Shown: piece by piece, positions 24,555 through 35,397 of the stretch
How the letters are laid out: each line of letters starts with the position of its first letter
How positions within the stretch are numbered: the first letter of the stretch is position 1
Assembly (NCBI GenBank): GCA_051294375.1
Contig: JBJCIZ010000408.1
Span: 24,148 to 88,147, forward strand
Direction of reading: 5' to 3'
Length of the DNA: 64,000 nucleotides
Origin: Paraspadella gotoi
Taxonomy: Eukaryota > Animalia > Chaetognatha
Position numbers and translations under genes: made by a program
Notes under the pieces: model-generated
What the model was told of the DNA's origin: nothing
Databases searched by the model: none
Seen by the model: the letters and a program-made list of their open reading frames with translations, nothing else

Positions 24555-27500
24555 AATCGTTTGAGGAAAAATGCAATTAGGTCAATAAAAACAAAATGAA
24601 ATGAATTGAATAAAATGATTTAAATGAAATGAGTTTAGATGACGATGAATTTAAATGAAATTAATTGAAAAAATCAATTTGAAATGAAATTAATGGAATA
24701 AATGAAATTAATTAAGATGAGATGAATCTAATTTTAAGATTTATTTATTTAAATAAATGAAAGAATTTAGATAAATAATTGTATCGAGTAAATAAATTTA
24801 AAAAAATTATGAACTGAATTCATTAAATTTGAAGCACCTAAAAATCTTCGGCGGCAATCCGCAAGATTGTCGTTTGACACGCGCGGGCTGCACGAGGCTA
24901 GTGCTCAAGCAGCTGCGCGCAACACAGGCATGGCTACCGGGGTTCTCTTGTTAGATGCTTGAATCGATCAGTTGAATGATCTGCGTTGATGCGAAGGGTT
25001 TGGACGACGGAAGCGTCGAAGTATTTCCGTCCCGTGGTATTCCTAGACATGTCATTAATTAATTAGCATCAATTTTTATTCACTCATAATTTTTATTAAT
25101 TCCAATTTTCTCTAACATTTACAAGTTTTTGGGCCTACTATTCATTAGTTAGAGCCGTAATTTTTACTTTAGAACGTCGAAAACCGCAGCCCTCTAGCTT
25201 TTCTGAAAACCGGAGATATAGAGGTTACCAATAAATTCTCTTGCAAAAAGATTTGCCTGGCGCCAAACTGATTGTCGGCGAGGGTCATTCTTTTTTGGTT
25301 TTACCAATAGATCCTCTCCATAATATCTGTGCGTCCCATGCATCCTTTTTAAAATTCCTACAGATCTTTCCATAGAAAAAGCTCACAACAAGATTGAAAT
25401 GACCAAATCCTTGTTGAACGCAAAAAAAAAAGAAAAAAGAAATTTTTTTTCGCAAACAGCGATTTGCTAAGCGGACCTGCGGAAATCGCACTAATTATCT
25501 AATAACAAGTCGCGCTATTTTTATCTTTTCATTTGTTTTTTTATCTGAATTTTTTTTCATTCAAAAACTTTTGATTTGATTTCGAAAACTTTTTCACAGT
25601 ACGAGGATATTTTTTTTCTTTGAATTTCAAGAGGTTTTATTTTTTGTTCTACTGCACTAACAAGAAAGCCATAATGGAAAGCGATCGGCCTACGCATGGA
25701 TACTCAGACAACAACAAAGGAAAGTGCTTCGAAAAATCAATTGTACCATCTTAATCCTACTTTTCTTCAAGAAAAAGCATTTTAAATCTTGATAAAAAAA
25801 AATGATAGAGCGATTGGCTCGAAAGCAAGCGTATTGGAGCAAAATAATACAAGAACATGCGAATGAGGAAAGTGAGTGAATCAGACCACCAGTCAAGGTA
25901 TGATAACAAACAAACAGATAAATAAATAAGACCATGTAAAAAATCGGCCTTTGTATTGAATTCATCGAAGCCCTCTGCCGTATGACTGATCAGCGAATCA
26001 ATATCTCTCTCTCGCTCTATCTCTCTCTTCTGAGATTTCCGGATTGACAAAAACGACGATAATTTGAAGATAAATTAATGTTTACAGTTTTGGTTATAGT
26101 TAAGGTTCGGGCCGGCGCGGCTTTAGATGTAGGGGATAGATATAGTGTCCGAACAGGATGGGATCGACCGAAACGACGACGATAATTTTGACGATGGCGG
26201 AAGCTAAGCGACAATGAGAGCGACAATTAAAGCAGCAAAAGAGACGAGTTTGTGCGTCTGTTTTGAGTCCGCTGCCTTCAGAGCCGCAGCAAGGGGACTT
26301 CGATTGAAAAAAAATCGGCTCTAGCGATTGTACTTTACCCTTGAATTTTGGTTATTTTTTTCTGTTCATTTTTTTCCATCATTTTTTTTCTCTTACTAGG
26401 AGCTTTTTATTCATTTTTTATTAACAGCAAGCTGAAAAAAGTATGCATATTTTGAAAAAAGTATGCAAGTTTTAAAAAATTATGCAAGTAAAGAATTATG
26501 CAAGTTGAAAAATATCCAGTTTAAAGAAATTATGCAAGTTGAAAAAATTATATTAAGTTGAAAAAATTATGCAAGTTGAAAAAATTATAATAATGTGAAG
26601 AAAAATTATGCAAGTTGAAAAAATTATGCAAGTTTGAAAAAATTATGCAAGTGAAAAAATTATGCAAGTTTGAAAAAATTATGCAAGTTGAAAAAATTAT
26701 GCAAGTTGAAAATTATGCAAGTTGAAAAAAATTATGCAAGTGTTGAAAAAATTATTGGCAAGTTGAAAAAATTATGCAAGTTTGAAAAAATTATGCAAGT
26801 TGAAAAAATTATGCAAGTTGAAACAATTAGCAAGTTGAAAAATTATCCAAGGTTGCAAAAAATTAGCACACGTTGAAAAAATTATGCAAGTGAAAAATTA
26901 TGCCAAGTTGCAAAAATTATGCAAGTTGAAAAAAATTATGCAAGTTTGAAAAAATCTTATACAAGGGTTGAAAAAATTATATTAAGGCTAAAAAAATATT
27001 ACAAGTTTAAAAAATGGATGCAGTTAAAAAAATATGAAGTAAAAAAATGATACAATAAAAAAATGAATGCAAATTAAAAAAATGATGCAATGTTAAAAAA
27101 ATGATGAAGTTTGAAAAAAAGATACAGCTAAAAAAATTGATGCAAGTTAAAAAAAATGATGCAAGTTAAAAAAATATGCAAGTTAAAAAAGATACAAGCT
27201 AAAAAAATAATGCAAAGTAAAAAGATTGACGCAAGGGTTAGAAAAAATGATGCAAGTTAAGAAAAATGAAAAAATAAAAAATAATGAAGTTAAAAATAAT
27301 ACAAATTAAAAAAGATATATAATAAAAATATTTGCATGCCAAAATTAAAAAATATTTATTTAATTGCCTACAGTAACTGTTTTTTAATTTAAGCCCTGAA
27401 AGCGATTTTACATGTGGTTGCGCAGCCACTGGTTAATTATTTGATTCACATCTGCATTTTGCGCAATGAAAATTGATAATGGCGTCTGACGACAATCGAT

Positions 27501-28360
27501 CAAACAGCGTTAGCTGAATGATTAATTAATTGATTGAATTGATTGATTAGGCAGGATACGGCTATAAAAAGATTCGAGTTTCACCTCCATCTCCGCACTC
27601 TCTCAAAAAAGGTGTTCCGTCAAACGGAGACACCAAACATTCAATTTCTTTAATTGAATTGAAATTGAAAAGAATGAAACAGAAGCAAATTCTTTTATTT
27701 TTCTCAGAGAAGCTCGCAAATTTTTATTCTCCTCATGAAATTCATGGGATAGGCACAGTCAAAATTAAGTCTACTTACCATAGATCTATCAATATTATCC
27801 GAGGTAAATTTCAATTTGGCCAAAACGGGATTGATATATATATATTGTAGCAGTAGTATTATTTATATATATTATATATATCAGTTTAATCAAATCTTTA
27901 GAGATTGGGTAAGTTTTGATTTTTTCAACTAATTTTATTATCTCGCATGACTGGGGCAACAAGCCCGTCTTCGAGAGGATAAAGGGCAAGGCCAGGCTTC
28001 TTCATTTGTGACGTCTGTTACGTTCGTCGTACGTCAGTCACGTTTTTGCAATCGTAATTAATTTGAAATTATTTATTTATTAATTCATTATCTTATACCG
28101 ATAATTATATAGATTCAAGTTAATTAATAATTAATTAGAGGCAATTAATTAATTAACTTTAATCTCAATGTTTGTTTTTAGTGTCTTTTCATCACGTAAT
28201 CCATGACAAAAGCAATGCGACATGAGGAATAATGCCGATAAAAGATGACTTGATGGCATTGACTGATTACAAGTAATTATTAATTTTTTGATTAATTGAT
28301 TAATGGATTAATCTATTTAATTTATTATACATCCTGCATTTACACTTTAATATAAAAGGA
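24555..28360 (+). repeat. ~3.8-kb composite repeat unit (copy 1) containing the 18-bp minisatellite
   Basis: Collinear with 43197-46775 and, from its middle, with 47131-49990. Confidence 0.85.
26430..27260 (+). repeat. 18-bp minisatellite (ATGCAAGTTGAAAAAATT)n
   Basis: Directly visible tandem array. Confidence 0.95.
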
Positions 28361-29785
28361 AACAAGTTTGAGCCAAACAATGTCTGTTATCGGATCTGCC
28401 TACGATAATTAATTAATTAATTAATTATCGATTAATTAATCTAAATTAATTAATTTTATTATGTATAATTATTTTTAAATTTATAATCAACTATCATCAT
28501 CGATGTCCTTAAAATTTGGGTTAGGACAGTTATTAAATATGTTTGTTTGCATTTTATCAAAACAACACAAATATCCTTTATTTTATTTTATGTCTCCTTG
28601 TCTCTCTCACTCTCACTCTCTCTCTCTCCCTCTCTCTTTGTTATGCAATTGCGACGATCTTTATCTGTTTAAGATTTTTAACTTGCACTTTTTCACCATT
28701 AATTAATTAAGTATAAACTAATATAATTAATTAAAACATTTATTTAGTACATCTCCGTTAATAATTAATAAGACTTCACAGTATATGTGACTTATGTTTT
28801 TTTTTCCCACTTAAACTCATTCGTCCCACTGGGCACAATTCCGGTCAAAAACTTTATATAATATTATATAATATTAAGTAAAATATTAAACTCAGTGCAA
28901 CAACCAATGAAAACTAAATCAAAAGAGTTACATTGAAATCCGATTTAGTTAGTTAAAGGAAAAAAAAATTTTAAAGAGAACTAGGAGTTAGAAAAAGTGT
29001 CAATGCCGCCTTACTAGGATATTAGGGGGAACAGGTTGATAACTTGAAGTTCTCTCAAATGTATATGGTTAATGGTTAAGCAGGACTATTAATGGACGCT
29101 ATGAAAAATGAAAATTAATTCTTTAAAATTTTGCTTATTCAATTTTTTTTATAGACTTTTCTATAGAGACTTTAAAAGTTAGATAAGGTATTAATACAAC
29201 TTTTTTTGTTGTTTTATTTATGAAAAATTTAAAATAAATATCCGCAATAATTTGATGTGATGATAATTTTTAAGGTTTCTATTTTTAACCAATTTATATG
29301 TCAATTTTTGAAAAAATTATATAGTACTAAAACTTCATTTTTAACTTCTTAAAGCTCTACAAGAAACCCTGTAAATATTTTCCGTGTTTCAAGTTTCCCA
29401 AAAATCGTTGCTCTTTTTGCTCCTAAACGTATTCACTATATATCTAAGTTGAAGAAAACTTACCTTTTGCTGAGGAGAAGTAAGAATTATATTAGTAGTT
29501 CTCAAGCTTTACCGACGCGCGTTGAAGCAGGGTTGTTTTAATGTTTAAATGGTTACTTGATTTAATTTTATATTAACGGTCTTTTATAATTCGTTTACTA
29601 TTATATTCTTATAGGTCCATGCGCTTCCAATGCCGTTCCATGCCGTTCCTATGTCGCTTCAATGCCGTTCTCAATGCCTTCTCAATGGCCGTTCCAATGC
29701 GCCGTTTGATCTCAATTGCTCTACATTTGGTTGATTAACAATGTAAATTACTTCGGAACATTATTTCGGACTCTCTTCTCTTCCT

Positions 29786-29816
<31 letters not shown>

Positions 29817-30770
29817 TTTGCCAATGCAACGATCCTTATGCCTCATTTTTCTGCTCTCTCTCTCTTCTTTGCAATTGCGACGATTCCTATCCTCATTTTC
29901 TGCTCTCTTCTCTCTCTCTCCTCTCTCTCTCTCGTCTCTCATCTCCTCTCTCTCTCTTCATAAATAATAGAAAGATTCAAGGTAAATGTATAACTTATGT
30001 TTTTCCATTTAAACTCATTTCCACTGGCACAATTCCGTCAAAACTTTATTATCTAGCTTCTTCAACACACTTTCGCTACCGCTCACAAAATTTCATCTCA
30101 ATCATTATGGGTTAAAATAAGTAAAAGAATGTCGAGTAAATGTTGACTCCATATTCTTTTCATTTAAACTTTCATTTCACTCGTACTTTCCACCGAAACT
30201 TTATATCAAGGCATCGTTACACATTTTCTACCCACACAGAAAAATTTTGCAACCTCAATCCCTAATCCATCACAATTTATGATTAATTAGAGTACTTAGT
30301 GGTTAAAATAATTAAAATATTTTAGTAAATGCGACTGTCTTTTTTTCCTCTTTAAACTCACACGATTCCGTCGAAAACTTTATATGCCAGCTTATGTCAC
30401 ACACCTTTCCTACCCTACCACACAAATTTTTCCAATCCCAACCAGCCAATTCACGAGTTATTGGAGCTTTTGCTAAGGGGACGAATAGGACGGATTCGAT
30501 TAGACTGATTAATTCAATTATTGATTAATTTAATTAACTAATTGATTAATTAAAAAACTGGAGTAATTATGAATTATTTAATACATCCTGGCATATACAT
30601 TTTAATATAAAGAAAAAAGAATCATAATCAATAGGTGTGAAACAGGTTTTTTTTTTCATTTAAGAACTCATTCCCACTCAAAAATATCCATCTCGAAGAC
30701 GGTTTCCTGTTCAATCACACCACTTTTCTACTCACATACAAAATTCCAGGTCAATCGATAATTAAGTGGA
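28361..30770 (-). mobile_element. HINE family 1 copy (3' end at 28361), indel-rich, interrupted by other repeats at ~29020-29760
   Basis: AACAAGTTTGAG...CGGATCTGCCTACGA is the reverse complement of the 3' end at 11783-11815; 28361-29020 mirrors 11170-11815 and 29960-30770 mirrors the central repeats. Confidence 0.7.
29617..29708. repeat. ~11-bp minisatellite (CCAATGCCGTT)n, degenerate
   Basis: About 8 imperfect units. Confidence 0.75.
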
Positions 30771-30782
30771 ATAAGCTAAAGC

Positions 30783-31154
30783 TTGTTCAACTTGCATTAA
30801 TTTAATCAACTTGCCATAATTAGTTCAACTGACACTAATTTGGTCCTAGAGAGTACTGACCATTATTTGGTCAAACTGACACTTAATCTTGAGGCTCAAC
30901 TGACATAATTGGTCGAACTGACCGCCATAATTTGTCAACTGGACATAATTTGGTCAACTGAGCAATGAATCCTTGGATAAAGTTATTAGTATAATTTGGT
31001 CTTAACCGGCTATAATTTGGCCAAACGGTCGGCATAATTTATCAACTTGCCTAATTTGTGGTCAACTAGCATAATTTGCGTCAACTGGCATTAATTGGTC
31101 AACTGGCATGATTTGTGGTCAAACAGGCACTAATTTGGCAACCAGCATAATTTG
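30783..31154 (-). repeat. Variant ~18-bp minisatellite (GGTCAACTGGCATAATTT)n running into a gap
   Basis: Reverse complement AAATTATGCCAGTTGACC is a variant of AAATTATGCAAGTTGAAA. Confidence 0.8.
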
Positions 31155-31884
31155 NNNNNNNNNNNNNNNNNNNNNNNNNAAACGCTTAGAATTCGATTGT
31201 TAGCTTCTCTTTTACTTTTTTCTTTAAATAAAAATTTTACCAAAATGGACTAATTCACTTTACCATGGTTGTATCATATTAAAATAACTAAATAAAATGT
31301 AGAGTCAGATTCTGGAAAAATCTTCTATGGCGAAAATCTTCCAAAGAAAGGGTGAATTTTCCAAAGATTTTGATTAATATTTTTTATATTTATGATCGGA
31401 TTTTTTTAAAACTTAACAATAGCAATATTGCTATCATTCTACATTGACCAGTAAAAGAATATATTAAAAAAACCTCTGACTTTTTTCGTCAGAGCTTAGT
31501 CCTAATCTATTTTTTACCAGAATTTTTCTCAGGTGCGTTTATATTGTTTGGTAGTCAGATATGAACAAAACTCTCCATTGAAAAAATCTTTCTCAATCTC
31601 TAAGAACGACGTCAGCTCCTTGTCTAATGCTCATTTTACTGAAATAAGAATAAGTAATAAGAAATAAGAATTGGTAAATTTTGTTAAATAAGAAATAAGA
31701 AATGGTAAATTTTGGCCCAGCTTAATACTGAAATATTTGTCGCATTTAGATTTTTTTTTTTACAATTCTAATAGAACAGTTTTAACGATATACTATATCC
31801 TTTCATAGTTGTTTGAATAGTTTGTAATGATTGAAAGAATTATAAAAAGCTCACAGGTCATTTTTTACTTGAAATTATTTACAG

Positions 31885-32168
31885 GAATTCCTTCGGTGTT
31901 GACTGGACATCATTTCACTTCCTCTCCGCATGAAATCTCCTCTGCTTCCAACATCTCCTCTTCCTTCATTCACCGTCCGATGGCGTCTTACCAGACAATG
32001 AAACCTGACAACATCGAGCGTTACGCCTCAGCAATGGCTGCGGCTGCGGCTGCGGCTGCGACTGCGAAAAACACAAACCTATTTCTTCTACAGCAAACCT
32101 CTGTATCGTCGCCCTCGCCAAAAATGCAGCATCCAAACATTGACAACTCAACGTCGCATATTATGTGA
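31885..32168 (+). CDS. Terminal coding exon of a Ser/His-rich, poly-Ala-containing protein (transcription-factor-like low complexity)
   Basis: TTTACAG acceptor ending 31884, phase-1 start, open frame (G)IPSVLTGHHFTSSPHEISSASNISSSFIHRPMASYQTMKPDNIERYASAMAAAAAAAATAK...STSHIM*. Confidence 0.65.
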
Positions 32169-32759
32169 AGAAAAAACTTTTGTTTTAACTTGATTTAAGA
32201 TTAGCAGCACATTCATCTAGGTAAAACAAATTTTTTGATTCATACTTGCTGCGAGATTGAAGAATTAATTATCCATTCGTTTCCTCACAATAATAACAAT
32301 TACAAAATTAATACAGAATCAGAAACTTTTTTTTGGTATATAATAGATACAATTAAATTTATAGCTTAATTTCAGCTAATTTAAACGCAAATTGGAGATG
32401 CCCAGTCGGCCAAAGATTTTTCTATTGGGCCAAAGAATAGTCTGCACCTAGGGTAGGGGCTGTCCATCATAGGGGGAACAGTTTTTTCATCATTGAAACA
32501 TGAAATATACCTACAGATCTGGTAGAAAAAAACTTTGAACCCCCTGCTATCGTGGTTGTCTGTCTTTCTATTAATTAAAACTTGGGTTCATTTGAAAGCC
32601 ATCTTTAATTTGAGCTCATGACAAAGTTTTGAGGTTAAATATCCGTTTAATAAAATGATCTTAACTTTCATAAAACTTCAAAATAAAAAATCTTAAAAGT
32701 ATAATGATCTCGGATATTATGTAATGTAATGATGTGTGATGATAACAGGGATTAGAACA

Positions 32760-34585
32760 GGATTGAGTGATCCATATCCAGGGGGAGATCCAAATGGTCT
32801 CACACCCGAGATCCTCCTTCCATCTTTGCGACAGAAAACTAAGGTGGCTTTTTTATATCTTCATGCGTCTGACGGAATACACCGATCAAATGATCAACAT
32901 CTTAAAGAAATCTCAAGCGACGATTGGTTCAAGGAGATGTCTCTGGAATCCGTCGTGGAACTTATGCCGACCGCTCTGGAGTCGGTCTCTTCCACCATCA
33001 GCTCCGTCGAATCCACCACCATTTTCCGCGATGATGAACATGGGCGACTCCTCCAAGCCTTTGAAGGAATTCGTCCTCGAAGACGCCTTTCCGAGATGGA
33101 ACAGGCTCACGGCCGAGCAGGTCTGCGTCTTTGACCACGAGCTCCGAGAATGAATAAAGGTCTCTTTCGAGCGGGAGGCATTGACGTGGACCTTTTGAAG
33201 GAACCCTTGAAGTTGTCGAAAAAAGATCGTTTGTTGAAGATCGCGGACAAACCCTTCGCCAAAGGCGCCAACAGACTCGCCTATTACGGCCTAGATGTCA
33301 CGCCTTCGACGGAAACGAACCCGTCGAAGACTCCAGCAAAAGTTTGTGTCCTAAAAGAGTTTCTCTCACCTCGGTGGGAGGATCAACTCTAAAAGAAAAC
33401 TATGTCGACCAGATCGAAGTGCAGGCGATCGGGATGCACCTCGCAATGCAATTTAACAAGGTTAGTTTTTCAAACTTTTTTTAAGTAAAAACAAACAAAA
33501 AAAAAACTTAACTTGTTTTTAGTTTTTATTCTTTTTTTGAAAATACAAATTTTTTTTTTCCATTTAAGTATTAAATATATTTATTATTTTATTAGGACGT
33601 TAACAATGATCACAAAAACACATCAAAAAAACATTAACGTTATAAGAGATCCCCTTTTCGTGTTCAATTATTCCATTTCCTACTGGTGGTTATGACTTAT
33701 TAGGTGGAAACCCACAGGCTACAAAGACGTCAAGTTTCTAAAGGAATCTCTTGTGAGTTTTCACAAACGAGAAAAAGCCATCTTATTTCACAAAGAAGCT
33801 ATGATCGAGGGGGAATACACTAAGTATAACAACACTGGGGCTACGTAAATGAGAAGGAGTATCACTCTCTTCATCCACGCGTTTAGTCACTGGAGTTATG
33901 ACGTTACTGGTGGATTCATGCAGGTCAAAAATGTTATTCAATTCTAAAAGTAATAGAAAGAGTTTTGAATTTTATTTCGACAAAGATTTTATTTCATATT
34001 AAAACGTACATGTTAAACGCTGATGAAGACTCGCACTAACAGTCGAAACATGTACGTTTCCACTATGAAATAAAATCGTTGGCGAAATAAAGTTTCAAAC
34101 TCTTTCTATTAATTACCAACACAACGAAAGAAAGTTATTGACACATTTCTAAAAGTATTAATTCTAACTCAATAGTTTTAAATACTTTTTTTAAGACGGC
34201 AATGATCATATTATTATATAATAATTATACAAATAGTTTCCAGTTCTTAATTAAATTTCTAAAGGTGGTCGATCTTTCAAGGGGTCAAATCTGGGTGACG
34301 TGTTCCGTCTCACGGATCCCGTCATTCACTGCACTGACGTCACGCGGTTCACGAAAACTAATCTTGGACGTCAGGATGGATCGCTTCTTTCAAGACTCTA
34401 TGCCTGCAATGATGTTTGCCGACAGGTCAGTTATCTGTCGTTATCGGCAAATGAATGTTGAATAGTTTTTTTACATTGATGAAAATACTTTATTTAAGAG
34501 TTAAAATGTCTTTCATCAGATGAAACTGAAGAGACACAGGAAGCAAAGACGCTGCCAAAACTGCGCCGGAAGAATGCGTCACTGA
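32760..34585 (+). CDS. Alpha-kinase (eEF2K/MHCK family) gene copy 1; 5'-truncated (only the end of the vWA domain), frameshifted
   Basis: Exons ~32760-33460, 33704-33923, 34265-34425, 34520-~34585. Motifs DPYPGGDPNG, KPFAKGANRLAYYG, VCVLKEF, QIEVQAIGMHLAMQFNK, IEGEYTKYNN, HAFSHWSYDVTGG, VVDLQGV, TDPVIHC, NLG, CNDVC. Confidence 0.9.
33953..34146 (+). mobile_element. Penelope-like pLTR fold-back mini-insertion (194 bp) with 11-bp TSD, in an alpha-kinase intron
   Basis: Inverted arms ~33951-34014 / 34047-34111 enclosing a hammerhead; TTCTAAAAGTA duplicated at 33942-33952 and 34147-34157; absent from the paralogous intron 37943-38075. Confidence 0.8.
34015..34059 (+). ncRNA. Minimal type I hammerhead ribozyme (Penelope-type)
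   Basis: AAACG (helix I)-CTGATGA-A-GACT cgcactaac AGTC (helix II)-GAAA-CATG (palindromic loop III)-TA^-CGTTT (helix I); core nucleotides intact; predicted cleavage after 34054. Confidence 0.85.
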
Positions 34586-35062
34586 GTGCAAAAAAGCCGG
34601 GAGCCACTAATTTTTCGTGGCTTTACTGCTCTTTGAATGTTGAGTTTAATTTTCTTAATTTTCTTAATTTGCTTGTCCTTGTCTCTTTTGTCGTATTCTC
34701 AAAATTCCTTTAAACAAGGAAATATAATAGTTGGAAAATAAAGTTCTTTTCAGTATAATTGTAACGAAAAAACAAATATGTAATTGAAAAGCTGCTGTCA
34801 TAATTTCTTTCAAGAAGAACATGAAAACAAGTTTTAATGAATATGAAATTCCCCTTACTTTTTAACTGGCTATCCTATACAAAAATAAATTTAGTTTTAC
34901 AAGGCGCTGACTCAACAATCGAACTTGAATCGAAACTCGTCTTAAACTAAAACATAAAGTTCATTTACTTTTTCGTGCCTTTTTTTTTTTACGGTTGACA
35001 GTTTTACAGAAAGTTAGCCCGACGCAGCAGAGCGTTCTCCGCTGGCCTCTGATCAATTTAGA

Positions 35063-35173
<111 letters not shown>

Positions 35174-35397
35174 TCTTCCAGCGAGTAAAACTAAAAGTGG
35201 AAATGCTTGTCGCATAATTTGTCGAGGTTGAATAATACTGGCTGATTGTTTTACGTCGTTTTAAAATCAAATCTAGTCTTTTAGGAATTTTTAAATTGGG
35301 GAAAACAAATTTACCGGAGCCTGACTATAAGTTTATTAATTTTTATATTACTTAATTGAAGAACAACTTTAAAAACAGCAAAACTTGGAAAAAATTT

